Shown: positions 37,779-46,969 of the stretch, one piece after another
Layout: each line of letters begins with the position of its first letter
Numbering within the stretch: position 1 is the first letter of the stretch
IMG/VR virus record: IMGVR_UViG_3300037255_000025
Coordinates: 96,001 to 160,000 of that record
Reading direction: 5' to 3' (one strand)
Source of the DNA: a virus
Lineage: Duplodnaviria > Caudoviricetes
Length of the DNA: 64,000 nt
Made by a program: the position numbers and the translations under genes
The notes under the pieces: model-generated
Seen by the model: the letters and a program-made list of their open reading frames with translations, nothing else
Databases searched by the model: none
Told to the model about the DNA's origin: nothing

Positions 37779-39266
37779 TCAGATCCAATAACCCTTGACC
37801 GTCACGCCGACCGTGATGGCACCCGTGCTCGTCACGACGCCGAGGTTGCGCGCCACGATCGCGATGTGCTCGCTAGGGTTCGCCACCACCGGCGACTGCG
37901 TGAGGTCGAGGTCGATCGGGACCGACGAACCCAGCACACCCACGGCGGCCGTTGTCGCGTAGGTGTCGATGCCGATGAAAATCTTCCTCGGCGCCTTGGT
38001 CGTGCCGGTCGCAAAGGATGCGCTCTCGCCCGTCGCCAGTGAGGTTGCGGTGTGACCGACGGCGAGCTGATACAGGAACGCCACCGGACCGCCCGCCAGG
38101 ATGACCGAGACGCATCCTTGAATCTGCACGCCGGTGATGACGAACTTCCGCGGGACCTGAGAAACACCGCCCGCCGGAACCGTATAGTCGAACAGCAGTC
38201 CGTCGTTGTTCACCGCGTAGGTCGGAAGGATTGCCGCGATGCCCCCCAGCCCCGTGACGTTCGCGGTCGTGTTGTTCAACACGGCCGCAGTAGGGCCCGA
38301 GCCCGCAGCGGAGTTGGGAAGGTTTGCCGTCGAACCGACGGTGCCGCCCTCCTGTCCCTGGTAGCCCATCAGGCCCGCCAGCCCGGCGAGATGGCTAGAC
38401 GACAGGCCCGTCTGGAGGTCGGTCTGCTGAACGTGAATTCCGAACACCTTGAGCTGCGCTTGCGTGCCCGAAACGACGCCGCTGTTGCGCTGCTGCACGG
38501 TCACGGGCAGGGCACACGTCGACGAGGGCGCGCCGTTGCCCGCGGGGGTCGGGATGCTACCCACGAGCGTGTAGGGGCCGGTCCCCGACGTCGAGATCCA
38601 GAACTCCGTGACGAAGTCGGCAACGACGATACGGAGGTGGTAGGTGGTGCCGGCCGCCAGCGCAGCGCTGGCGACGGGGCCGATCGGGGTCTCGTTACCG
38701 TTGAAGTTGACGATTCCGTACGTCCCGGCGCTGGTGATGCGGAAGTAAAACCCGTCGACCGGTGTCGTCGTGGCGGTGGGTAGAAACGCGCCGATCTCGA
38801 TGATCTGTCCGGCCTCGACCGGGGACACCCCCGCGATGTTGACCACGAACCCCAGCACCAACTGGGCGCCGCCCTGCTGCTTGAAGTAAGGCCACGAACT
38901 CACCGCACAGCCCGTCGAGGTCGTGGCGGTCGAGTTGGCGTTCAGGAGCAGCGACCCGCCGGACTCCGTGACGGTCATGGTGGTGAAGAGGCACCTCCAT
39001 TGGCCCGTCGCCTGGGCCGTGCCATTGAAGTCCCAATCCAGGAGGGGCGTGGGCGAGCCGACCTGCGCCCGGTTGTCCACGGAGGACACGATCGGGCGCA
39101 TGCTGCGCGTGCCCGTGATGCTGCCGTGGTCGTTCTCGCACGCCAAAGCCGCGAACCCGGCCTGCGCTTGGACGAGCGGCGTCGTAACGTTCAGGTTGTA
39201 GTTCGCGTCGACGTTGGCTTGGCCCGTCGTGCTGGAACCGCCTGTGATGACCGAGGGAAGAGGCAT
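37779..39266 (-). CDS. putative tail/appendage structural protein
   Basis: Gly/Thr-rich beta protein in the structural operon. Confidence 0.6.
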   Translation of the reverse strand: MPLPSVITGGSSTTGQANVDANYNLNVTTPLVQAQAGFAALACENDHGSITGTRSMRPIVSSVDNRAQVGSPTPLLDWDFNGTAQATGQWRCLFTTMTVTESGGSLLLNANSTATTSTGCAVSSWPYFKQQGGAQLVLGFVVNIAGVSPVEAGQIIEIGAFLPTATTTPVDGFYFRITSAGTYGIVNFNGNETPIGPVASAALAAGTTYHLRIVVADFVTEFWISTSGTGPYTLVGSIPTPAGNGAPSSTCALPVTVQQRNSGVVSGTQAQLKVFGIHVQQTDLQTGLSSSHLAGLAGLMGYQGQEGGTVGSTANLPNSAAGSGPTAAVLNNTTANVTGLGGIAAILPTYAVNNDGLLFDYTVPAGGVSQVPRKFVITGVQIQGCVSVILAGGPVAFLYQLAVGHTATSLATGESASFATGTTKAPRKIFIGIDTYATTAAVGVLGSSVPIDLDLTQSPVVANPSEHIAIVARNLGVVTSTGAITVGVTVKGYWI

Positions 39267-39279
39267 GATCGTTTCCTTA

Positions 39280-39993
39280 CTACGTCCAGATCCAGCGGAC
39301 GGTGAACGAACCAGAGAACGCGTCCACCGCGGTCGCGTCGATGTTGAACCCGACCCCGGCCGTTGGGACGCTGCATGTGAACGCGATGAAAAGGGCCGCG
39401 TATTGATGGTCAGCGGCGGTGTAGCTGCTCGACGTGTCCTCCATGAGGAACGCCTGGCACGTCGACGTCGACAGGATCGTTGTCTGCCCCGTCACCGCGA
39501 CCGTCGCGGTGTTAGACCCGGGGGCTGCGCCGAAGTTGATCGTCGCCGTGCCGGTGTTCCCCGCGTTCGTTCCGTTGGTGCCGTTCGTCCCCGCAGTTCC
39601 CTGAAGACCTTGGACGCCGCGGGTGTTACCGTTCGAGTCCACGACGTAGAAGCCGATTGACTCGGCGTCGTAGAACAGCGTGTAGCCCGCTTGGAGCGGG
39701 ACGCTGATGAGCGGGATCACCACCGACCCGTCGGTCTGCTCAACCGTAACCTGGCACGTCACGGACGCGTCCGTGTTGCGGAAGGCCATGAAGCGGCAGT
39801 TGCGCTCGGCCCCACTCGCGGGGCTCCCGACGATCGTCGTCGTCCCGGCCCCGGCGATGATCTGGTTCGGCGGCGACCCGGGCTGGTATGTGCCGTTCGA
39901 AAGTGCGTCGACGTAGTCCGCCTTGACCGCGATGGCCTGGGCCCCGCCGGTGATGAGCGTGATCAAGCTGGAAGTGTTGGACAGCAAGATCAT
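39280..39993 (-). CDS. structural protein with a short collagen-like segment
   Basis: GVQGLQGTAGTNGTNGTNAG. Confidence 0.6.
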   Translation of the reverse strand: MILLSNTSSLITLITGGAQAIAVKADYVDALSNGTYQPGSPPNQIIAGAGTTTIVGSPASGAERNCRFMAFRNTDASVTCQVTVEQTDGSVVIPLISVPLQAGYTLFYDAESIGFYVVDSNGNTRGVQGLQGTAGTNGTNGTNAGNTGTATINFGAAPGSNTATVAVTGQTTILSTSTCQAFLMEDTSSSYTAADHQYAALFIAFTCSVPTAGVGFNIDATAVDAFSGSFTVRWIWT

Positions 39994-40074
39994 GGGCTGG
40001 GCGAAGGCTACAGCCAGCGGCGCCGCGGGTCTACTGGCCGAGACCACTACTCCACGAAGGGGCCGCTGAGCGTG

Positions 40075-40326
40075 TCAACGCGGCGGACTTGGATCGGAAG
40101 CGGCGGATATCGCCCGAAAGAGACGCGCCGCCGCGACGCCCGAAAGGTACCCGGCCCCCGAAAGCAGCGCGTAGGCCTGCGCCGAGGCTTCGACGGCCCC
40201 GGACAGGGTAAGGGTCGCGGCCGTGATAAGCGCGTCGAAGGCCGTGCTCATCACCGTCACGGTCGGCGTACCGACCGTGACGATCTGGAGCAGTTCGTTC
40301 GTCGCGTTGAGGGTCAGGTTCGCCAA
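40075..40326 (-). CDS. short structural-gene remnant or chimera
   Basis: GAGYLSGVAAA shared with 36554-37777; N-terminus resembles 39280-39993. Confidence 0.4.
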   Translation of the reverse strand: MANLTLNATNELLQIVTVGTPTVTVMSTAFDALITAATLTLSGAVEASAQAYALLSGAGYLSGVAAARLFRAISAASDPSPPR

Positions 40327-40373
40327 GTGCCGCAGCCCTCGTTTCGCAGCTAACTACGCGGTATTGGTCAGGA

Positions 40374-41519
40374 TCACGTGAGAGACGCGGTCAAGGCCGA
40401 GATGGCGAAACTTGGCGTGATGCCGTTGGACACGGCGAGCGACGACGTCAGCGCCCCGAAGCCGTAGACGACCCCGGCGCCGCTCGTGAGCGAGCCGAAG
40501 GCGAAGTAGGTCTCGGTCTCGGACCCGCCGGTGGCGGCCGGGAACGTGATCGCCGCAGCGTTGACGGCGTTGATCGGGTTGTTGCCCGAGATGGTCCAAC
40601 CGCCCGAAGACCGCGCGACCGCGACGCGGGCGTAGCTCGTGTACCCGGCCTCGCTGGTCGTCTGTGAACCGGTCTGCCCCGGGTTCGCCGTGTGGAGGCT
40701 GATGTAGAAGCTGCCCGCGCTCGAGCTGCCCTGGATGACCGGCGCCTGGGCGAAATTGGTGTTCTGGAACACCAGGTCCCACATCGAGGTCTCGCCCGAG
40801 TTGCTCCAGGAGAACGACTGGCCGCCGAGCAGCCTCGCGATGTCCTCCATCGCCTCCTTGGCCGTGCCCCAGACCTTGCCAGCGAACTCGCGCAGCGGCT
40901 CGAACGGGTCGACCGCCGCGATCGACGCACAACCGTTGAGATCGATCGCGAGCCCGGAGCACTCGCGGTCGAGCGCCTCCCGCGCGAGACCGCCGCCAGT
41001 GGGCGGAGCGCCACCCCCGCGGACTGCGCGCTGAGACGCCCTCTCCGCGAGGTGCTGCTTGAGGAGGCTGTCGATGCCTTGGCACGCCGAATCGACCAAC
41101 ACGTCCGTCGCGGCCCACAGGTCTTTGCCGTGTTGCTTCTGGACGAAGTGGATCGCGTCCTTGTGGTCGTCGGCGCGGCCCGTCCGGGCCCGCTCAGACG
41201 CAATCATGACCTCGGGCGTCAGTTGGCCGAAGAGCGACGCCACCCGGGTGGCGTGGTCCTGGTCTTTCGCGTTGCACTCCCGTTGGGCCAGCGCGGCGTC
41301 GTGGACCCGGTAGCCGTCCGCGTCCTCCACGATGCCTTCGAGGTTGAACACGCGGCTCGGCGGTGGCATCGGCAGCGGCGTCGGGTTCTGGGCGTGGATG
41401 AGGCTGTGGACCTCGGTGCGCGTGCCCTGGAGGGCCTCGGCCGGCTTGCGCCCGGCCGCGAGGTGCTCGGCGTAGATGCGCGTGACGTCGTCGGCCGTGA
41501 CGGTGTGGACGAGGGCCAT
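40374..41519 (-). CDS. minor tail protein with N-terminal extension
   Basis: C-terminal YISLHTANPG..EAGYTSYARVAV..ITFPAATGG domain typical of phage tail proteins. Confidence 0.7.
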   Translation of the reverse strand: MALVHTVTADDVTRIYAEHLAAGRKPAEALQGTRTEVHSLIHAQNPTPLPMPPPSRVFNLEGIVEDADGYRVHDAALAQRECNAKDQDHATRVASLFGQLTPEVMIASERARTGRADDHKDAIHFVQKQHGKDLWAATDVLVDSACQGIDSLLKQHLAERASQRAVRGGGAPPTGGGLAREALDRECSGLAIDLNGCASIAAVDPFEPLREFAGKVWGTAKEAMEDIARLLGGQSFSWSNSGETSMWDLVFQNTNFAQAPVIQGSSSAGSFYISLHTANPGQTGSQTTSEAGYTSYARVAVARSSGGWTISGNNPINAVNAAAITFPAATGGSETETYFAFGSLTSGAGVVYGFGALTSSLAVSNGITPSFAISALTASLT

Positions 41520-42209
41520 GGGCGCCAGGCTAGCACTTCGACGCCGTCGCCGGGAAGCTGCGAAGAGGGCGGGCCCCGCTACCGTCTTGAACGTGGCGGA
41601 GCTTCACCCGACGATGGTACCAGGGCCGCGGGCATCAGGGAAACCTGCTCCAGTTCAGCGCTCGCGCCGAGCATGTCGAAGATGTCCGACTGAAAGAACC
41701 GGTATTCTCCGCCGCGGTATGGCCCCAGAAGCAGCGCCGAGGCCTCGAGCGAGTCGCGTAGACCGGGGTCTCGACCAACCGTCGCCAGAACATCGGCGAG
41801 CATCGGAAGATAAAACGGCGCGAAAACCTCACAAGCAACCGCGTAAGCCCAAAACGGGACCCAGACGTCTGATCGAGACGTCCCGTGGCCACGGACGACA
41901 ACACGGCCGCCCGCGGCCTTTACAACCTCGCGTACAACCCCTTCCCGGTGAACGTGACTTCGCTCGAGCAACCAGAGCCCCGCGGTCTGGGCGTCAGACC
42001 CCTCTCGACTCCTCATCCCAACCCCAGGATCCGGCGAACATCTCGGTTTTCGACGTCGAACGTTAGGCACGTTCGACCAAGGAAGAATGTCAAGCCGCGA
42101 AACCGCTCCCGCGCGACCTGTAGCGCCGCTTCGTCCTGGTCCAGGCCGGTCGTCTTCACGTCCGGATCCTTACCCTGGACACGGGCGATTCAGCCGAACA
42201 CGCGGTCGC

Positions 42210-42890
42210 TCACGTCGAGGGCTCCGCGGGAACGCTCAGACAGACCCAAGAGGGCAGCGCCTTGAAGCGCGAGACGTCGCAGGGCTGCGCGATGCCCGGG
42301 ACTGAGCCCTTGCTGGTGTACTGCCAGGCCAAGACGTTCCCCGCCGGATCATCCCAAGCGCCCCACGGCGCGCACGGCGGTGGGTCCGACTGCGTGTACG
42401 ACGGGACCCACAGCGGGTACTGCTTCAGCTCCGGGTGAGCCCCGAGGCCCATCGGGGTCGCAACCCACGCGGCCGTGTAGATGAGCGGCACGACATCGAG
42501 CGCGGTCGACACCGCGTCGAGGAAGTCCAGGAGCGTGTCGAGCGTCGGGATGCGTCCCGCGGCACCGACGGAGCGCTCCACGTCCACCATCGGGCAGAGC
42601 GTATGGCCACAGCCGTCAATGGTCGCGAGGAAGTGGGCCGCTTGGTCCCGACCCGCGCTGAAGGGGGAAAGAAAGTGATAGGCCGAGAGGGGCAAACCTG
42701 CCGCGACGACGCCCGCGGCATTCCTTGCGAACGTCTCGACGGTCGAGCCCGCGCCGGTCGCGCCTTCAGAGGCTTTTACCGCCACCCCGGCGACCTTCGG
42801 GTACAGCGAGCCCGCGACTCGGGCCCAGTCTGGAAGACCCTGCGAGGGCCCGATGTCCAACAGCGTGTAGGGTGCGTCCGGTGTCGCCAT
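42210..42890 (-). CDS. GH25 lysozyme (endolysin)
   Basis: LDIGPSQG, VKASEG, AYHF, MVDVE, PLIYT, WQYTSKG.VPGI...D. Confidence 0.9.
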   Translation of the reverse strand: MATPDAPYTLLDIGPSQGLPDWARVAGSLYPKVAGVAVKASEGATGAGSTVETFARNAAGVVAAGLPLSAYHFLSPFSAGRDQAAHFLATIDGCGHTLCPMVDVERSVGAAGRIPTLDTLLDFLDAVSTALDVVPLIYTAAWVATPMGLGAHPELKQYPLWVPSYTQSDPPPCAPWGAWDDPAGNVLAWQYTSKGSVPGIAQPCDVSRFKALPSWVCLSVPAEPST

Positions 42891-42900
42891 GCCGGCGATA

Positions 42901-43209
42901 CTACACGCGCCGCAACGCAGGCATCAACCAAGCGGGCGGGTCGTCGCCCGCGGTCTGAACCAGCTCGAACGACACGCCGGCCTCCGAGCGGGTCACGAGC
43001 GCGCGCATGCCCCGGCCGCACGAGCCGCAGACGGCGCCCCGCTCGTACGCGGTCTCGGGGTCCGTGATTGCGTGCACGATGAAGTCCGGCTCGGCGCAGA
43101 ACGGACAAGGCACGTGCACCTGGGCCTCGAAGCCGAACCCGCTGATGGTCGAGTTCCGGTGGAACTTCTCCTCGTACGCGGCAAACTCTGGGCTTTTCTC
43201 TGTCGTCAC
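42901..43209 (-). CDS. zinc-ribbon protein
   Basis: CPFC, CGSC. Confidence 0.55.
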   Translation of the reverse strand: MTTEKSPEFAAYEEKFHRNSTISGFGFEAQVHVPCPFCAEPDFIVHAITDPETAYERGAVCGSCGRGMRALVTRSEAGVSFELVQTAGDDPPAWLMPALRRV

Positions 43210-43496
43210 TCGTCCTCCTGGTTTGTGGCGTCCTGGTCGACCACGATCTGCGTGACCCTGCGCTCCGCCGCCGACTGGACGATCTCTTGAACGAGGTCCG
43301 CGATGGGCCGGTCGTAGTCCTCAGGCGAGAGGAACCACGTAGCCCAGTAGTCGCCAGGGTCTCGGTAACCGCCGAGGCACACCTGGAGCGCTGGGTTCCC
43401 CTCGTTGTCGATGACCATGAGCGCATGGCGCTCGCGCAGGACCTTCCGCGGGAAGGCCTCCTCGAGCTTCTGTAGGAACAGGAGAGCGTTGCGCAT
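43206..43496 (-). CDS. hypothetical protein
   Basis: GGGGTAAGG motif upstream. Confidence 0.55.
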   Translation of the reverse strand: MRNALLFLQKLEEAFPRKVLRERHALMVIDNEGNPALQVCLGGYRDPGDYWATWFLSPEDYDRPIADLVQEIVQSAAERRVTQIVVDQDATNQEDE

Positions 43497-43526
43497 ATCG
43501 GCCCCTTACCCCCCGCGGCGCCGTCT

Positions 43527-43865
43527 TTAGAGCGCAGGGGGCCGGTCCACGGTCCGCGCCAGCTCAAAGTCGGCGTGGGCCATGAACAACTTGAACCCGT
43601 CGTGCTCATGGAACTTCGCCACTGACGCCACGACCACGTGCGGGCTTGACCACCGGCGAAACAAACGCGCGTAGCTCAGCGCGACATCGCTCATGTCACG
43701 CAGCACCTTGCCCCACTCGACGTCTTGGGCCGCTTGGGCCCGGCCCCGCAGCCGGTCAGCGTAGTCGGTCGCGAGGCCCACGTGGGACCGCCACTGGCCC
43801 GTCGAGGCCCGGGGGGTCTTCTCGGGCTCCTCGGCCTTGTCGACACGGTCGTCCAGCTTGCTCAC
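43527..43865 (-). CDS. hypothetical protein
   Basis: GTG start; RVDKAEE motif. Confidence 0.4.
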   Translation of the reverse strand: MSKLDDRVDKAEEPEKTPRASTGQWRSHVGLATDYADRLRGRAQAAQDVEWGKVLRDMSDVALSYARLFRRWSSPHVVVASVAKFHEHDGFKLFMAHADFELARTVDRPPAL

Positions 43866-43894
43866 CCGGGCAACGATAGCAGAAGACGCCCCGG

Positions 43895-44206
43895 CTAGCC
43901 CCGCGCCTTCGCGTCGGGCGTCTCCGCGGTCGTGGTCGGTGCCGAGGGCATCGTGGTCGGGGAAGACCGGTCCGAGTCGGCTGGCGTGCCCCAGGACAGC
44001 GCCCCGCGCAGCCGTTGCACCAACAACGGGTGCTGCTCCAAGTCCTCGATGACCGCGAGCGCTATGCCGACGGGCACGTACGAGAGCTTCGCGGGCACGA
44101 CAGGGCGCGGGACAACGTGCCGGTACACCGCCCATACCCCGCGCACGAACGCGTACCCCAGCCCGACCACCGCGAACGCCGTCTGGAGGTACTCGGGTGC
44201 CGACAT
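43895..44206 (-). CDS. small membrane protein (holin-like candidate)
   Basis: N-terminal TM segment; near the lysins. Confidence 0.4.
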   Translation of the reverse strand: MSAPEYLQTAFAVVGLGYAFVRGVWAVYRHVVPRPVVPAKLSYVPVGIALAVIEDLEQHPLLVQRLRGALSWGTPADSDRSSPTTMPSAPTTTAETPDAKARG

Positions 44207-44275
44207 CCTTGCTAGAGCATCACCCGAACCCGGCGCTACGTCGAGAGCCGATACGCCACACTGCGGTCATCCCGC

Positions 44276-44983
44276 TCACGAGGTCGTTGGAATCGGTGGT
44301 GGCGGGCCGTAGTCCCGGCGGGTCCGGGACGCGAGCGCGGGGAACCGCGCGCACTGAAGCTCGACCGCGTCGACCCAACCCGACCCGTCGAGGCGCGCGA
44401 GCCACCGAGGCACGAAGTCGTAGAAGCACTGGCTGTAATCTTGCTCGTCGAAAGCGTGGCGTCCGCCCGGGGTCTGATCCGGTTGGCCGTTGGGCTCGAC
44501 GAACCCGAAGTTGCACGCGCCGTCCGCGCCCTGCTCCGACATCATAGGGTCGACGTACCAACATTTCATTGCGCCGCGGCCCCACTCGCCCGGAGCGTAT
44601 CCCGCGACCTCGGCGTCGCGCAGGTCCTCGGCGCGCTCGAGGAACGCGAGCGTCCCCATGGCGTACGCGTCGGCCGCGGTCACGACCAGCTCTACTGGCT
44701 TTTGCTTCTTGGGCGCGGCCTTCCACACGGCCTGCGCCCACGCGACCGTCATCGAGGCCCACCCCTGCGCGCGGCAGAGCCGGACCTGCTCGCGGTAGCT
44801 ACACGGCACCCGCATGACCCGGCCGCCCGCCTGGGGGAACGGCATCCTGAGGGCGTCGGTGGGCACGACCAACAGGACCCCGTCGGGCTCGTACGGGACC
44901 GTCACCCACGAGATCGGCTCCGCGACGCCGGCCGCGACCGCCGCGGCGAGCCCCCAGGAAGCCGGCGCGTTCGGGTTCCCCAT
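44276..44983 (-). CDS. putative cell-wall-acting enzyme (H...DYSQ family)
   Basis: DAL, K.W, NFG, Q....H....DYSQ pattern; lysis-region context. Confidence 0.45.
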   Translation of the reverse strand: MGNPNAPASWGLAAAVAAGVAEPISWVTVPYEPDGVLLVVPTDALRMPFPQAGGRVMRVPCSYREQVRLCRAQGWASMTVAWAQAVWKAAPKKQKPVELVVTAADAYAMGTLAFLERAEDLRDAEVAGYAPGEWGRGAMKCWYVDPMMSEQGADGACNFGFVEPNGQPDQTPGGRHAFDEQDYSQCFYDFVPRWLARLDGSGWVDAVELQCARFPALASRTRRDYGPPPPIPTTS

Positions 44984-45237
44984 CACGGAAACACCGGGAA
45001 GTTTCCCAACGTCGTCGCCGTGCAGTTGCACAGCGCGGTGTATGCGGCGCGACGCGGACAGCTTGGCCCGTGTCTCAGCATCTCCTCGGCCAGCGCGCGC
45101 GAGAGCGCAACCGGGTCAGGTCGGGTCTCGCCCACCCAGACGTACGAACTACAGTAGCAGGGTCGCATGTTGCACTTGCAGCAGAAACCGTCGTAGCTGA
45201 TGTCGCTCACGGACCTAGACTACCACGGGCCAGCCCG

Positions 45238-45453
45238 TCACGACTTCGGGTCGGTCGCGTCGCCGTGGGCTAGCACGACACCGCCGCCCAGCAGCGAGAA
45301 CAGCATCTGGACATCTGCGAGCGTCAGCGTTAGTTGTCGGTTGGGCGGTGTTCCCTGGCGCGCGACCTCCAAGAGGTAGTCCGGGGCCTCGACGACAACG
45401 CTTCCGTCGCCGTTCACGGAAGCCGATAGCGCGGGGTTCGGGAGCTGGTGCAT
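45238..45453 (-). CDS. hypothetical protein
   Basis: TGATG-coupled ORF. Confidence 0.4.
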   Translation of the reverse strand: MHQLPNPALSASVNGDGSVVVEAPDYLLEVARQGTPPNRQLTLTLADVQMLFSLLGGGVVLAHGDATDPKS

Positions 45454-45752
45454 CAGACGGCTTTCGCGGCCGACACGAGGCCGACGCCGCCCGTAACGGC
45501 GCCGAGGATGGTCGCGACCGGGCCGAGGATCTTGGCAGCGAGCGCGAGCCACGCCTCGAAGCGCTCGAGCCCCGTCGGAACGTGCCCCGCCGCGGCCTCC
45601 TTCCACCCCTCGAGCTGAAGCTGAACCTCGCCCAGCGTCGAGACCCGGACGTCCTCCGCGGACTGCCCCGTGAGGCCCGCGAACGCGATCACACCCTGCT
45701 CGACCTCCTCCGGCGTCATCGGCTCCGCGTCGAACGGCGTCAAGGTGGTCAC
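45453..45752 (-). CDS. small protein with C-terminal hydrophobic helix
   Basis: ILGPVATILGAVTGGVGLV. Confidence 0.5.
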   Translation of the reverse strand: MTTLTPFDAEPMTPEEVEQGVIAFAGLTGQSAEDVRVSTLGEVQLQLEGWKEAAAGHVPTGLERFEAWLALAAKILGPVATILGAVTGGVGLVSAAKAV

Positions 45753-46099
45753 TTCGATCGATCCTCGCCGGCTTGCGGCAAGACGACTGTCGTCACGACA
45801 GGCCCTTGCGCGACCCCGGGCGTGCACGGCGCGGGTAGGTCCTGGCCGCCGTCGACGCCGTTGCGTCGCAGGATGCCCTGAACCTCGGCGCGGGCAGGTC
45901 GCAGGTCGGCGCGGGCCCGGGCAACCCAGGGTGCTCCGGCGTCGCCCGGTACCTGGCCGAGGTCACACACCGCGGCGTCGATGAGCCGGCGGCTCGTGTC
46001 GAGCCCCGTGGTGTCTTGGGCGGCCAAGCCGTAGCAGCCAGCATCCACGACGCCGATCATGAACACCGCAGCGAACGCGAGACGGGACCCGGACTTCAT
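45749..46099 (-). CDS. putative secreted/lipoprotein (spanin-like candidate)
   Basis: Signal-like N-terminus ending DAGC; TAGGCT box upstream. Confidence 0.45.
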   Translation of the reverse strand: MKSGSRLAFAAVFMIGVVDAGCYGLAAQDTTGLDTSRRLIDAAVCDLGQVPGDAGAPWVARARADLRPARAEVQGILRRNGVDGGQDLPAPCTPGVAQGPVVTTVVLPQAGEDRSK

Positions 46100-46131
46100 C
46101 GCCACAGCCTACCAGGCACCACCGCGCCCCG

Positions 46132-46395
46132 CTAGCCCGCGGCGTCGCCCGAGACCGCCGCGAGATTGGCCAGGGCCGCCGCGGTCGCGGTCTGGGCCGC
46201 GGTGTAGCGCGCCTGGTCGTTCACGAGCTGCGCGGCTTGGGCCGCCGCCTGAGCGGTTACGAACGCGACCCGGTCGGCCGACGCCGCGACGTTCTGCTGC
46301 GCGACCGTAACGGCTTGGCCCGCCTGGGCCTCTGCCGTGAGGGCCGCCTGGTACTGCACCATCGCGGCGACGACTGCCTGGCTCATACACGACAA
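46132..46395 (-). CDS. Ala/Gln-rich coiled-coil protein
   Basis: Composition. Confidence 0.5.
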   Translation of the reverse strand: MSCMSQAVVAAMVQYQAALTAEAQAGQAVTVAQQNVAASADRVAFVTAQAAAQAAQLVNDQARYTAAQTATAAALANLAAVSGDAAG

Positions 46396-46446
46396 GGTAC
46401 TGCACGCCCCGGCGGAACGGCAACCGCCCCGGGTAAGAGCCCTTAT

Positions 46447-46962
46447 ATGACGCAGCCGAAGAACCCCGCGAAGGCTTACCAGGTCTTGTGGGAGAATAGC
46501 TTCATTGGTCCGTTCTACCGGGGACGGCGGCGCACGCTGCTAGACCAAGGAGACTTCGTCGATGTTGATCTGCGCCCAGACCCCGCACCCCTGCTGAGCG
46601 AACTGTGCCGCCGGTTTCCGCAGACAACGCCATCGATCGTCAACAGCAGCGCTGCCGACCCGATCCTTATCGTGTTTGAGCCGCGGGACCTACCGGTCCG
46701 CCGAGCGGCGAACCGTCTCCGCAAACCCCTGCGCGATCTAAACGACGCCGGACACTACACGTCGTTCTTTGCGCTGGTCACGCGCGACCCCGCCGACACC
46801 CTGCTGCTCCAGGGTGCCTGGCTTCTCGACTCGCAGCTCTACTGGACCAACGAGGTTTCGAGCCCCGCGCGCCGCAGCTCCCGTGTACCCGGCTGGGACG
46901 GCGTCAAGCCCATCCTCGATCGCCTCACGGCCGCGGGTCGCGTCTTGCTCCGCTGCGACTAG
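46447..46962 (+). CDS. hypothetical protein
   Basis: AAC-N15-TAAG motif upstream. Confidence 0.5.
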   Translation: MTQPKNPAKAYQVLWENSFIGPFYRGRRRTLLDQGDFVDVDLRPDPAPLLSELCRRFPQTTPSIVNSSAADPILIVFEPRDLPVRRAANRLRKPLRDLNDAGHYTSFFALVTRDPADTLLLQGAWLLDSQLYWTNEVSSPARRSSRVPGWDGVKPILDRLTAAGRVLLRCD

Positions 46963-46969
46963 TCGTTCG

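Noticed and set aside
41579-42265. Overlapping ORFs 41579-42070 (-) and 41885-42265 (+)
   Set aside because: No recognisable motifs and the coding strand could not be decided, so not listed as features.
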